A stretch of 64,000 nucleotides of DNA from positions 75,705,411 to 75,769,410 of the forward strand of contig NC_052157.1 of NCBI RefSeq assembly GCF_902713615.1, written 5' to 3'. The notes beneath the pieces are model-generated. The model saw only the letters and a program-made list of their open reading frames with translations, made no database searches and was not told the origin of the DNA. Of the stretch, positions 13,920 to 28,207 are shown piece by piece. A program made the position numbers and the translations under genes. Position 1 is the first letter of the stretch, and each line of letters opens with the position of its first letter. The stretch is from Scyliorhinus canicula (lineage: Eukaryota).

Positions 13920-15200
13920 ACTGGGCGACTCTACCATTCTCCACTTGGAGAGGTCAGGATTGCTTAACGGTCGTCAGCATGGCTTTGCAGGAGAAAATCG
14001 TGCCTATCAAATTCGATTCCATTGCTTGAGGCGTTGACTACGTACGTAGGAGAGGGCAGTGCAGCTTATGTTGTACACATGCATTTCTGCAGCGTGTTTG
14101 ACAAAGCCCGTCACGTAAGATAGATCAACTAGCTTCTAGCCAATTTGATAAATGCAATTTGGCAAATTACTTCAAAAAATGGCTCGTGACGCGTATCAGG
14201 AAGATTTTGAAATGTGTTTTCTTTGTGTCTGGAATTCTGTATGTCACGATATTCAGCATGACTCGATGATGGGTCTCTTTTTCTTTTCATTGTCAATAGA
14301 TGATCTAGAAGTGAAAGTTGGAGGTGCGATTCATGAGCTCGCAGTTGATCCGGAAATTCCTGCTGTGGTAAATAACGAGGACCAAAGCCTCAGATTGCAA
14401 AAAGAGCGATCAATCAAATACGCGAAGAGTGGCAGATTGTTCTTCAGCCTGAAACGTGTGAGGTGAACTATTTTGGGAGGAGAGATAAGCAAGTAAATGC
14501 ACATTATCGGTCGGATGCCACGAAGTGCAGATGACCAAGGACTCTCGGGGTGGATGTCAAGAGAACCCTGAAGGGAGCATTAAAGTTGGTAATTTATTTA
14601 ATTAGACGTGGTGCATTGTTTAACTTTTTAGCCAAGGTACAGACCATATGTCTAGGGAGCTGGTGACGGTGATTGATAAAATATTTCTTACGGCACAGCT
14701 GGAGTACTGCGTGCCGTTCAGTCTCCACTCCATGGCGATATTTTATTGTACTGAAGGGAAGGCAGAGATGATTCACCTCCTTGAGTGGGCTCGGGATTTC
14801 AGCAGTGAAGAGAGGCTTGTCAAAATTTTGTTGTTTTCCAAAGAACATAAAAGTATGGCATAGTTAAGAAGGCCAGCGATAGTGGAGCAAAGAATAATTT
14901 GCTCCACTTAGATGGGGGTGCTACGACCGATGGGGTCAAATTTACGGGAAGCCCAGGAGAATTACAGGGATCTGAGGAAAACATCTTTACCATGAAGCAT
15001 GTTAGAAATCTATAACTGAATTCCTGAAAGACTAGTAGAGGTGGGAAACTTCACAACACGCAACACGCATTTGGATGGACATTTGAAAATCGATATCATC
15101 CAGAGCCCCGGGCGAAGTTTCGAAGGATGGGATAAGAATTAATGGGAGCTAGATGGCCAGCGCAGATACCATGTGCAGAATGGCCACATTCCGTGCTGAA
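13920..15200 (+). mobile_element. Old CR1 LINE RT/3' fragment
   Basis: Decayed CR1 motifs (IDDLEVKVGG, QLEYCVPFS) and a CR1-like 3' tail (gaatggcc...ccgtgctg). Confidence 0.7.
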
Positions 15201-15254
15201 AAATAATATTGCTCAATTAATATGACTTATTGACGAAACCGCCGCAGCCCTCTG

Positions 15255-16080
15255 GGACAGATGATTTGTCAGATGAGTCTGGTAACAGCCGGGAAGAAGC
15301 TGTTTTTGAGTGTGTTCGTGTGTGTTCTCAGGCTTGCATATCTCCTGCCCGATGGAAGCAGTTGGAAGAGTGAGGTAGCCGGATGGGAGGGGTCTTTTAT
15401 AATGCTGCCCGCTTTCCACAAGCAGCGTACGGTGTAGATGGATACAATGAGTGGCAGGCAGGTTAGTGTAATGGACTGGACAGTGTTTACGACACAACTT
15501 CCAGTCATGGGCCGAGCAGTTGCCATACTAGGGTGTGATGCAGACAGATAAGATGCTTTCTATGGTGCATTTGTAAAAGTTGGTCAGATTTAATGTGGAA
15601 ATGCCGAACTACCTTAGTTTCCTGAGGAATGTCATGCGCCATTGTGCTTTCTTGTTGTTAGCGTCGATGTGGGTGTGCCAGGTCTGAGTTTTAGTGATGT
15701 GCTCCCCTCGGAATACGTTAACCATATGCACCTCTGCCCCGATTATGCTGATAGGCTGTTTACAATAATTTGCTTTCTGAAGTCAATGACCATCTCTTTA
15801 CTTTTTCTGGCATTGATGGATAGAGTTTTGTCGTTGTACCATACCACTAGGTTCTCTATCTAAATCCTGTATTCTGACTCGTCGTTATTCGACATCAGCC
15901 CCACTATTGTCGTGTCTTCAGCAAACTTGTGGATGGAGTTGGAACCGAATTTTGCCACGCAATCGGGTGTGTACAGGAAATATAGTCGGGAGCTCGGTGC
16001 GCAGACTTCCGAGGCCCCGTTATTTAGCACTATTGTGAAGGAAATGTTGTTGCTTATTTTACTGATTGTGGTCTTTCCAC
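15255..16080 (-). mobile_element. Rex1/Babar-type LINE fragment
   Basis: LYTPDCVAKFGSNSIHKFAEDTTIVG and KAGSIIKDPSHP...LLPSGRRY...NSFFPAV, homologous to 11020-12440. Confidence 0.8.
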
Positions 16081-18709
16081 AACACCACCCACGTGTTAAT
16101 GAAGAAATGTCAGCTCGAAATGACCTGTCTTTACTCTGAGACTTCATCCCCTGGTTGTTGAAAACCCAAATACCCCACCGTACCATCCACCCATTCCCAT
16201 CCTGCCCACATCCATGAGAATCAATCCCAGTGAATCTTCCCTGCCGATACTTGTAATAATTCTGTATATCTGAATGAGATAGTCCAGCATTTCTTGAATA
16301 CCAAAACTTAAAGGTCCAGAATATTCTATCATTAATGATGGAAAGAACAGTGTACTTTTGCTTTCCCCGAAAATAAAGTCAACGCTCAATATTGCAAACG
16401 GTTGTTCGCAAAATGCTTTCAAGCAAAACAAAACGTAGCTGCATTTAATATTCGCAACGCGAACAGGGATTGGCAGGGACATTTCAAGTATCTACCTATT
16501 GGTGCATCCTCACAACATTTGTTCAACTTTTTCAAGCATGCATCATTATCTGAAGTTAAAGCAAAACAAGATGCTTCCGTAGTCAGTTATATAATACCTC
16601 AAGTACATAACACAGAAGAAGCAGCACCCACCAGCCTGGCTATTCTGGCGTATTCAAAGGGTTACCTCTCATGAACCACGTAGCCATCGATGAAAAAATA
16701 CATTTTCCCGTCAAATACTAATTCCCCGCTTCTGCCAAATTTTCAATCGGCCTCTGATTTCGGCAATATTCAAGCAGATTAATCTTCTCTATTTTTAACC
16801 ACAATTAGTTCCTTGACCTATTTCCCAATGCTTGAACACAACGATACACGTCCCTATGCCATTCACGTTGTTTGCACGTAGATCGCTTAATTACATTTCT
16901 GACTGAACTCCCCTCGTGGGATACTTAAATGTTTCCACAAAAGGCGCATCATCGCATTTACTTTAAGTTTAACGGCATGGCAGAAGCCTGAGTTCCATCT
17001 CTTACAATGCCGAATCTTCGCAATTCCAAAGTGACCAAATTGATTAAAATAGTAGCAGTGCAGTTTGAGTTGAAATCAGAGGCAAAGGTAACGGCAATAT
17101 TTTCTGTACAAATAATTGAAATGGCTTGTCTAGAGATCTGGAGGACTGGTTTGAATCACATCGCAGAACGTGGTATGTATTTAAATTTAAATTAGGAAAC
17201 AGAAATTAGAACTCGCATCTATGTTGGTAACCGTGAAACCAGCGTTCATTGATGCCCAAGCCAAAAGGTACCCTGCAGGGAAGCACATTTGCCCTTTTTT
17301 CTAATTTGCCCCACACATGGCTCTGTACCAACTTGATGCATTTGATAATATAGTTGTTGATTGACAATAAATTATGACCTTGTCCATGGTCACACACATA
17401 CGCCATTAAATTATGGTCTTTGTATTTTTTTCGATGTCAATGTTGCTGGTGTTCTATGAATCGAAATCCCTCTGATCCCACACCTCGTGGAATTCGTCTA
17501 TAATAATTCAGTCTGTTGTCCCGAGTGTAAATTAATGCAGAATGATATGGGTTTTTGTTCTTAATATTGAGGTTCTACATTTAAATTTAGCAAACAGTGC
17601 CTTGCTGAATATTGTCCTTCCGCTGTGCAGAAGCGTGCCAAACCCTAAGCACCGTGCAGACAACATAATGTATGCAGCCGGCTGCAGATATAATCATCGA
17701 TTCCCCCCTGGCCATGATATCAGCTAACATTATCCCTCAGGTTTTCAGTTGCATACCCATCCATTGAGAGGCCCCCGATTCGGTGTTGATAGGTCGAATA
17801 TATTGATGATTGTCCTCATTGTTCACATAGACATCTGTTTTTGAGCTACGAAAATGGCTAAGATTCTGCCAGACCTGCTGAAATTTTCCACCATTATCAC
17901 TTTTGGGATAAGATTCTGCGGTCTTTAATTCTGGATTACCAACCTGCCTTTCTCAGTCATGTACTTCTTTACCCAGCCACACTACAATACGGCTGGCACG
18001 AAACATGTGTGAGACACATTTTGGGATGTGTTGATCAAACTGTTGATGATTGTTTTCAAACCGGAATTCGTTGGCCTTGACATTCTAAAAGAGGTAGTCT
18101 AAACTTTCTTTCCCGACACAATCGTGGATCTACCACGATGGGCCCTTTATTAGCAACTGATTCGCACTGAAACTGCAATGGTAGAAATAGGCATCACGAC
18201 ACTGTTTTCACTACGTCCCTTAAATAATCTTCCACAAACCAATGACAAGATCTTCCACTACTTGGACTAAACATTTAAATTAATTGGTTCCAGCAGCAAA
18301 TGAGGAGAATTGGAAGTTAATATATGCAGCATGGCAATCACTGCACCGAAACCACCGCACCCCCACCACATCCGCCATCGACAGCTCCCATTTTTAATAT
18401 GAACGCTTACCTTTTCTTTCATTGGCCAGCTTATCCTCTGTTAACGTTGAGGTAAGAGGGAAGATGTTCATCGTCATGTGGATATTTTGGTGTTGCTCCG
18501 CGTTGCACCATTTCTTGTTGCAATCAACACACCTCAATTTTTTATGGCCAAATATATCTATGTGTTCTATATATATATACGAAAGGCTTATGGACACTGA
18601 TGTATCTCTGAATAAACCATGCATTATGTAAAAAGATACATGGTGATATATTGGCCTGAAAGTGCGCATGAGGTTTAACTGAGATTACACATATAAGTTT
18701 TCTTTCAAG

Positions 18710-20906
18710 TAATCTTTATTGACACAAGCAGGCTTACATTAACATTGCAATAAAGTTACTGTTGAAAGCTCCCAGTCGCAAATTCCGGCACCTGTTCGGG
18801 TGCACAGAGGGAAAATTCAGAATGTCTATATTTCCGAAAGCACGTCTTTCTGACTTGATGGAGGAAATCGGAGCAGCCGGAAAATTCCAGCGCAGACATG
18901 AGGAGAACATCCAGATTCCACGCAGACAGTGATCCAAGCCGGGAATCGAACCTGGGAGACTGGAGCTGAGAAGCAACAGAGAAGTCGATTATGAGAGTAA
19001 ACTTGCTCAGAATATGAAAACAGATAGTAAAAGTTTCCACAATATGTAAAATAAAAAAGAGTGGCTAAGGTAAATATTGGTCATTTCGAGGATACGAAGG
19101 GAGACTTTATAATGGCTGATGAGGAAATGGCTGAGGATCTGAACATGTTTTATTGGTCGGACTTCACAGTGGAAGACACGAATAACATACCAGTGACACA
19201 TACAAATGAGACTATGACAGGTGAGGATCTTGAGATGATTTTTATCACCAACGAGGTAGTGACGGGCAAGCTAATTTGGCTAACGGTAGACATGTCTTCT
19301 GGCCCTGATGGAATGCATCCCAGTGTGCTCAAATAGATGGCTAGGGAAATTGAAAATGCACTAGTGATACTTCACCAAAATTCACTAGACTCTGGCGTGG
19401 TACCGGCGGATTGGATATTAGGAAACGTGACACCACTGTTCAAAAAAGGAGGTAGCCAAGAAGTGGGTAATAATAGGCAAGTGAGCTTAACTTCGGTAGT
19501 AGGGAAGATGCTGGAATCTATCATCAAGGAAGAAATTGCGAGGCATCTGGGTGGAAATTGTCCCATTGGGCAGACGCAGCATGGGTTCATAAAGGGCAGA
19601 TCATGCCTAACTAATTTAGAGGAATTTTTTGATGACATTACCAGTGCGGTAGATAACGGGGGGCCAATGGATGTGGTATATCTGGATTTCCAGACAGTCT
19701 TTGACAAGGTGCCACACAAAAGGTTGCTGCATCAGATAAAGATGCCTGGCATGAAGGGTAATGTTGTAGCATGGATAGAAGATAGGTTCATTAAAAAAAG
19801 TAGAGTGGGGATTAATGTGTGTTTCTCCGGTTGGCAATCAGTAGCTACTGGTGTCCCTCAGGGATCAGTGTTGGACCCACAATTGTTCACAATTGACATA
19901 GATGATTTGGAGTTGGCGGCTTAGGGCAATGTGTCCACGTTTGCAGACGACACTAAGATGAGTGGGAAATGAAAAAATGCTGAGGATGCTGGAATTCTTC
20001 AGGATGATTTGGATAGGTAACGTGAATGGTCTGGGGCCTGGGAGATGGAATACAATGTTGACAAAAGTGAGGTTATCCATTTTGGTAGGAATAACAGCAA
20101 AATTAATTAGTATTTAAATGGCAAAATATTAAAACATGCTGCTGTGCAGAGAGACCTGAGTGTGCTAGTGCATGAGTCACAAATATTTGGTTTACAGGGG
20201 CAACAGTGTTTAAGAAGGCAAGTGGAATTTTGGCCTTCATTGCTAGAGGGATGCAGTTTAAGATTAGGGACGTTATTCTGCGATTGTATAAGGTGTTAGT
20301 GAGGCCACACTTACAGTATTGTGTTCAGTTTTGGTCGCCATACCTGAGAAAGGACGTACTGGCGCTGTAGGGTGTACAGAGGAGATTCACGAGATTAATC
20401 CCAGATCTGAAGGAGTCGGATTACGAGGAGAGGTTGCGTAGACTGGGACTTTACTCTTTGAAATTTAGAAGGGTAAGGTGGGAACTTATAGAAACATATA
20501 AAGTTATGAAGGGAATAGATAGGATAAATGCGGGCAGGTTGTTTCCGCTCGTGGGTGAAAGCAGAACTAGGGGGCATAGCCTCAAAATAAGTGGAAGTAG
20601 ATTTAGGACTGAGTTCCGGACGAACTTCTTCACCACACGGTTGCGAATCTATGAAATTCCTTCCCCAGTGAAGCAGTTGAGGCTCCTTGATTAAATGGTT
20701 TTAAGGTAAAGATAGATAGTTTTTTGAAGAATAAAGGGATTGAGGGTTATGGTGTTCGGGCCGCAAAGTGAAGCTGAGTCCACAAAAGTTCAGCTATGAT
20801 CTCATTGAGTGGCGGAGCAGGCTCGAGGGGCCAGATGGCCTACTCCTGCTTCTAATTACTATGTTTTTATGTTCTTAGGATACACACCATGCTGCCGTGC
20901 TGCCCA
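18710..20906 (-). mobile_element. SINE (minus strand) split by the CR1 insertion at ~18980-20878
   Basis: The SINE body runs to 'ggagctgagaagcaaca' at ~18979. The SINE head remnant 'ccatgctgccgtgctgccc' reappears at ~20887-20905. Confidence 0.7.
18980..20878 (+). mobile_element. CR1 LINE, 5'-truncated, ORF2 RT pseudogene
   Basis: GPDGMHP, NVTPLFKKG, QHGFIKGRSCLTNL, VYLDFQTVFDKVPH, GVPQGSVL, FADDTK; 3' tail (tatgttt)n. Confidence 0.92.
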
Positions 20907-23830
20907 CATCAGTATTTTTGACTGATACATTGCGTTTTGTTGTACTTAATGATTGACGCTTAATTTCACATACCAGAGATAGAGAGAGAGAGCTCTGCTG
21001 CAAGCAGAGCTTTTTTCAGATTCGTCATTTCTGGGGGAGCAAAACGAAGCCTTCAGCATTAGTTCCCCTCTGCGGCAATACGTTTCCAATTCTGCCTTTA
21101 ATTGTCTACTTGCAATTTTCTGTCTTCATATTATGAGTTGTGCCGGTGCCATGAGGTTATGTGCATGTGTGTGTGGGTGGGGAGGGGGGGGGGGACGCTG
21201 TGCGATCAGTCATTCAACCTCAGCGCAGGAGAATATATTTGGCACGTTGGCGCAGTGGTCACTGCAGCTGTATCACAGTGCATGGGAACAGCGTTCAATT
21301 TCGGCCTCTGTCAGTGAGGAAGTTTTAGTTTTCCCAATTTTGCGTACATTTGTTCTGGTGCTCGGATTTCCTCCGACAGTTCAAATAGCTGCAAGTGCGG
21401 TCGAGTGGCCATGCGAAATTTATCCTTATTGTGCAAAAATGGTCGATGAGGTTACATACATAATGCTGGGGAAATGGCTTGGGATGTGCCCTATTTCACA
21501 TTGTCGCTCTAGACTGGATGATCAAATTAGTCTCCTACTGCACTGAAGTGATTCTGTTCTATTCAATAATACCAATGAATTGTAAAACAAGTAATCTCCA
21601 CAAATATTGTTGTTTGGGGAGTCACGCCTCCTCTATCTTGCATAAAATTTTGCTCAATTGTTCTTCCTTCAACATGATATGGGAAAATACATGTCTGTCC
21701 CTATTTTAGAATCCTAATTTATTCCAACATTTAAAAAATTGTGATATGTTCTACGTTTAACTCTGCCTTAAAACTCTAACATCAAGTCTTATAACTACAC
21801 TTTTTCGAATTAATGACAAGTTAAGATCGAAGATGACATCTTCAGAGAAATCTTTATTACTCTTTCGCAATTCCTCACTTGCTGACCGATTTGAGTGCAA
21901 TTCTAGGCAACGGTGCCGTCATCCTTTCATTTCAGGAAGCGGTGGGCCATGACCGAGGATCGTCCCACCTCCGTAGCTTCTAACTATGAGGTTTGGGCAG
22001 GGCCGGAGTATGAACCGTTTGCAGTCGGTGGTGTTGAAATTCTGGTTGGCACCAGTGACATCACCCCAAAGCGATGGAAAATGTGGAATTTAGCATGCAA
22101 GTGAATCACCTGTTTTCAGTTCACGGAGTCCCTCATCTGCAAAGTGAGAGGGAGAAGACAAGTGCATCAAGTTCCATTTCCATTGTTTGCAGAAATGAAC
22201 ATAATTTCTGATAATTACTATACCTTTCGATGTCTTTGATGTCTATGCCTGTGTCCATGCGCCTCATGTAGTTCGTCTTCGTTATTCTTTCCTTTATATC
22301 TCAATCATACCTTCATCCAGCTTTATCTGAATTGCATTGATTCTGCACATGACAAGTTTTATTCGTCCATGGGATATGGATGCCGTTACCTTGGAAAGAA
22401 TGTATTTCCCTTCACACAGTTATTTCAGCAGCCTAACAGGGCGCTACCTTCTTTAACGTCCATAATCCGTTTGTTGCACAACAGCACGAGTCTTTTTTGG
22501 GATGGGTTTCCAGAATTTTGACCCTGCGCATTTGAGCCATGGCAACATATTTCTAAGTTATAATGGTGTCTGCATCAATGTGTAAGTTAGTGTACATATG
22601 CAACTTGTGCCCTCACCATTCGAGATGACCCAATTCGCGCTGTCTTCAAAATAACACTTCCTCTTGCAACTGTGGATCGACAGTGCAGGGAGTGGATGTT
22701 GATCATGGTGGATGGAATGCCGATAAACCTGTGTTATCAACTATGAAATACGCTGCAGTATTCAGATTTCTGTTGCATAAAGTTGTGTTTTCCGAACTTC
22801 ACCACTGAAATCAGTTATCTAGCTTGACATCACAGTGTGATTTCAGAAAACTGCGACGAGTGAGCGATAGCGCAAAGGGAATAATGCGATGCTGAAAGGC
22901 GACGTTACAAACATAACAGCTATGTTGGATTTGCAGTTTTACACGTTTAATTTGAAACATCCTCCCGACTGCGTCATGTACACCTCCTGGAAATACTTCG
23001 ACAAAAAACTTAACAATGTCATTGAGCAATTACCGTCGTTAATGGTCCATTCTCGTTTGCGCATTATTTCTGCAATGTGGCCCCTGCTTTCCCTATATTG
23101 TTGTATTACGAATACCTCAAAAGGAATTAGGAAGTTGCAATGTAAGCCTTAATGTCCCTAGAACACGAACAGCGCTGTGAGATTTTTGTCTGGAAGGTCA
23201 CGTGCCTTGGGGCTACATTAATTAGTTGTTGAAATGGGCAGAATTAACATTTCATGCAACGCATTATTTGGTAATTCCGATACTCACCGTCAATCAGACA
23301 CTGAGCTTGCTGCTTCTCTAAAATTAACAATTTTGCAATTATTTACTTTCTGGAAAATATTCAATTGAAACTTAAACACACAACTAATTATCCTAACGTT
23401 AAATTATTAGCATCTACTTACCATTCACTTTTTGTTTTAATTTTGTATCTGTTGAAGGAAAATGAATATCGAGTCAGACCTTTTGACTAAATACCACGCT
23501 GCTGAAGATGAATTTTCAGTGGTTCGCGAAGTAGCTCAAACAGACGAAATCTGTGTGTTTTGCCCACTGATGCAGCACAACTTCTGTTCGCCCCGTTTTT
23601 TTTGTGGTTCAAAGAATTTTACCTTAGTGATCAGGAATTCTTTCTTTCAAACCACCTCTGAACACTAGCATCTGCACCCAAAATCTGGAGTGCTGTTATT
23701 CGTAATAGCCTTAAGGAGTAGCCCACATAAATGACATGTTTGTTCAAAAATTTGAAGGAAATAATTGATTTCCAATCTTCACATAACCTCTTCAGCGTTT
23801 TCAGAACTGTAGTGTAATGGGAAATTATCC

Positions 23831-23836
<6 letters not shown>

Positions 23837-23865
<29 letters not shown>
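23837..23865. repeat. (AT)n microsatellite
   Basis: Direct inspection. Confidence 0.95.
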
Positions 23866-23866
<1 letters not shown>

Positions 23867-26040
23867 CTGTTCCAGTAACATGTATGTTGTCAGAGAATTG
23901 ACGTAGTGCCTCGGTGAACATTGTCTCCATTCGTTTCTGGTGTTTTTGATTTGGTGCAAACCACACAGAGTGCAAAAGTGGGTCCACTGTGCCTAACGTG
24001 GGACCTGACTTGGACCTCGGAAATGTTTCTCATCCCAGACAGCTAACTCGCAGAGTTCAGTCACCCTCTCCACCAGCACCATCCACACACACGCTAGTGT
24101 AGTATTGACGTGTTGGACTAAATGTTTGCAGCAGAAAATAAAATCCAAATAATTTCTCGCCTTGAAACTTGACCGACACGAAACTGAGTGAGCGTCTGCA
24201 TCAGGAAGTGTGAAAAATGGGGGAATTTTGAACCAATTATATCCTATCTTAACTCCGATGAGTAAATACTTTGCTCACTCAGATCATGCAGCATTTGGAC
24301 CAGATTAGCTTCCTCTGCAAATGAAAAAGAAAAGGCCGGTCAATGTGTTTGATTGCAGCAGGTTAACAATGTCAGTGCTTTTTGGGGCGTGTATATTAAC
24401 ATACTATAATTATAGTGCTGTACATGACACAACACCCCAGCGGGAATTTTCCATCAATTTCAGTCAACATCCTGACTTGATAATATGTCGCCGGTCAAGA
24501 CATATTGTTTTTCACATCGCTTGATGTTTGCATGGCAAACGATTGGAATAATTCAGAGACATACACGGGTTACATGCTTTTGGAAAGTGGTGCATTAAAC
24601 ACCAAACCAAGTCACTGACAGGAAATGTTTGCAAGTATGTTGTTCTACCTCAAATAAAGATTCGTCTACTTGTTAGTTTGCAGAGTTTCTAAACGATATC
24701 AAGAATCTGGAGATAGCATGACGATATTAAGCTCAGGTAACAGAATGACACGAACACTTCAATCAACTTGGAAAATTATAGACGCTGTGATTTATTTCAA
24801 TTTAAAAATAAGCTGCATGCGATAAGTAGTTGATGTTGCAACAGAAGCGTGTAGCCCTGAGAACAATAATGGCCGCTTTTTTTTCAAACAAGTTTAGAGT
24901 AGGCAATTATTTTTATTTTTCCAATTAAGGGGCAATTTAGCGTGCCCAATCCACCTAACCTGGGACCTCGGCGCCGTGAGACAGCAGGGCTAAACCACTA
25001 TTCCACCGTGCTGCCCTTTGATGACCATTCATGATAACACTCAATGGCGGAGCAGACTCGAGGATCTGAAGGGCCTAGTACTGCCTATTTCCTGTATCTG
25101 TATTTCATGTAAGACAGCTTATCCAATTGCTTTCGTTTGTTTTATCGCAAGTAGCATGGTGTTTCACACTGTACAATATAATATTCGGTGCTTCCCCTGT
25201 ACGTTCCCCTAGAACGTAAACTGTGATCGCGCAATTGAACGCAGAGGTCACTGTCCAAATTCAATATGCCAGAGCTCACGAAGATGCTGGAAGCTCAGAA
25301 TTGAACACATATAGTGAGAAAACTGCAACCTCTATTTTAGCAGTGCAGAAATAAATGTGAGCTGAGTGATTTATGCAGTTCTGGTCAATGAAAAACGAGT
25401 GAACCCTGAACTATTTCCAATGATGTGAATGTGGAGTGCCGATGGTTTTTGCCAATGCAAAAAGCGCATGCTAACCTCTTTGTGATTGAAACAAGGAGAA
25501 TGATTATAAAACATGGACAGAACTCAGTTGTATTGTTTTTAATGTCGCGTGTCGTTTGTGGTATATGGAACCTAGTGCGCATGGACGAATACAATAGTGA
25601 AATTAGCAGGCATGCTTTTTTAAATTTACAGTATCCAATTATTTCCTTCGGATTAATGGGCAATTTAGTGAGACCAATCCAACCACCCTGCACACCGTGG
25701 CTTGTGGGTGTGAAACCCACGCAGGAACAGTCAGAATTGCAATCTCTACACGCACGGTGACCCGGGGTCGGGATTGAACCCGAGTCCTCAACACCCGTCG
25801 TCAGCACCATACTTGAAGAATAAACTGACCACGTTTTGAAGAACTCACCTTTCGCTTTAAGTTTCAGCTTGGCTTCTGTGTCAAGGCAAGATCGCTATGG
25901 TTACAGTGTGCAGGAATCTTGACTTTCTGTGGACGGGAAGCTGCTTTGTCCGTTTTACTTTCGTGGGTATTTCGATGTGATGCGAATATGTGTTTGTCAG
26001 TCAGTGCGAGTACGTTCATATGAATTAACACTCTGGGAAG

Positions 26041-26906
26041 TGTTTTTTAAATTCACCTATATGTTTTTAGAATTCCCTTTATACCAGCGAACCTTACGGG
26101 CCGATATTCTAAAAACCGCGAACAGGGAACTTCCTCCCTGACTCCAGTACAGGCCTCTGAGAGTGCTAGTCGGGTCAAACTCTCCTTTCAAGTTATCCCC
26201 CGGTATAACTCCTACCTTCACTGAAGAATTTTACTTACTTACCCCTTAATGGCATCGATGTCACGGGTCCTGCGTTCTTAAGGAAGTGAAGTAAGCTAAT
26301 AACCACTTTTTCAGGTTAAATTATTTTATTATTAACATACTCTTTCTATCTCATTAAATTAAAAACATTATTTACTTTTTGATGTTGTCTGGTTGGTTGG
26401 TGAGGCCTTCAGACTCTCTCTCTCTCTCTCTCTTTCACTTTCAAGCCTCCTGGTCTTCTCTCCTGGTGCAGTTTTCTCTTTTCCGGCTGCTGTGGCTCTT
26501 GCTGTCCTTCTTGCGTCTTCGGGTGCCGCTGGTGTTCTGCTCCTGGTGTCTTTGTTCTGCTTCTTGCCTCGTGGGGAGAAAAAGGGGAGGAGTCTGAAGT
26601 CCACGCTGGTTTCTTTGTTTCAGCTGTTCTGATCGGGACCTCTGATAAGGATCGGACTTCGGGTCTTAAAGGGGCAGTCCATCACAATTTTCCAACAACA
26701 CAAAGAGATTTTTTAAAACTTTTTTCTTTTGCCTTTTTCCTGCTGCAGGTTGTAATAACCATTCTGATAGACTGAAATTGCTGCCCACAGTTTCTGTGCC
26801 CTTCAGCTGCCACCAACCTCTTGTGGGATCTTTCCCTGCACTCTCCCCGATCAGATGTTGGCAGACCTCTATGTTTCAAATGACACATTCTGTATTTTCC
26901 AGAACA
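26041..26906 (-). repeat. 3' LTR (866 bp)
   Basis: Matches 30356-31221 (ORF translations identical at offset 4315). AATAAA on the minus strand at 26330-26325. Confidence 0.95.
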
Positions 26907-26915
26907 CCCCGTCTT
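26907..26915 (-). promoter_or_regulatory. Polypurine tract (AAGACGGGG) abutting the 3' LTR
   Basis: Minus strand reads ...tcAAGACGGGG|TGTTCTGG. Confidence 0.6.
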
Positions 26916-28207
26916 GACATTTGAAACATTACTATAATTTGGTTTATTGTCCCCCCATCCAATTGTACTAACCTACATCCCTGATCATTGTCATTTGTAT
27001 GCATATCACCGACCAGTGTCAATACGAGTCTTGTTTTCCGTTCCAGTCCAACTTGTTTTCCATTTCTGATTGGAATGTGGTAATTGTGATATCTTTTACC
27101 CCCCACTGATCCCCTAGTCTTATTAATTTAAAATGTTCAATTGATCCTGCTTGTATTCCTAACTTCCCCATTAATGTCTAACATTGTCGTGAATCATGTA
27201 AGTCTGCCAACCCCTGGTTTACATGAGAGAACATCTTTCTGACAACGTGTATATTTTTCATTTCAGCCTTTACAAAACCGCATTGAACCGTCTCTTTTTT
27301 TCTCTTCCCAAACAAATTCTCCCTATTGTTCTATACATAGTAAAATTTTTATCTTATCTTAACACCTTATTCATTACCTAACCAATAGACTGTGTGTTAC
27401 ACTTTACATATTTTCAACTGTTAACAATTTAATATCAATATCGAAACATCGCTTCTTGGCTTTTGGAACAATCATTATTACATACTAACTAACCCTCTAT
27501 TAAAACATTCACAGTTTAGAAATGCGGATCAAGTTATTTACCGACACACATACCCCCCTTCTCATATATATACAACAGTCCCTATCAATTTACATGAAAA
27601 TAAAAATTTTTTCTTATCAACGATTATAGCTCTTCAATGCAATATTGTTTTGTTGCATTGGTAACAATTTTCCCGCCGTAGTATCAAGCTACTGAAATTC
27701 TTAACCTATTATCATTGATCATATTGGGGTTCCTCGTCAGTCGCTGCTATCTGCTGCCGAGACCTTAATGATTCCACTGCGTAGTACATACCCCATGGAG
27801 ACCACAGATCATCCATCAACTAATGTCCAGTTAGAGATGTCTGACCGGGGGTTTCACTGTCCAGTTATAATTTGATATTCTAATTTGCATTTAATTCCCT
27901 CAAATTTGTAGCCAATTATATCATTAGTTTCCCCCCAATCCTGTCGAACAGATTCTTCTCTGGAGTGTAGTTCTCTTCCTTCTTGCGACCTGGTTTGTTA
28001 TTAATTTTTTCCACCTGAAAAAGCAAATGAACAGATCAAGGGTGGAGAGGGCCCTATTCTTTAATTCGGATTATCCCAGAAGTGCCCTCTCCAGGACTTC
28101 CGGATTCCTTTTGCCATCATTTCTTTTTGAACTGGTTTATATTCCATATCCTTGATGTAGTCAAGCCTCCTTCTGTCATTGCACCCCTGAGTGAGATTCG
28201 AAGAATC

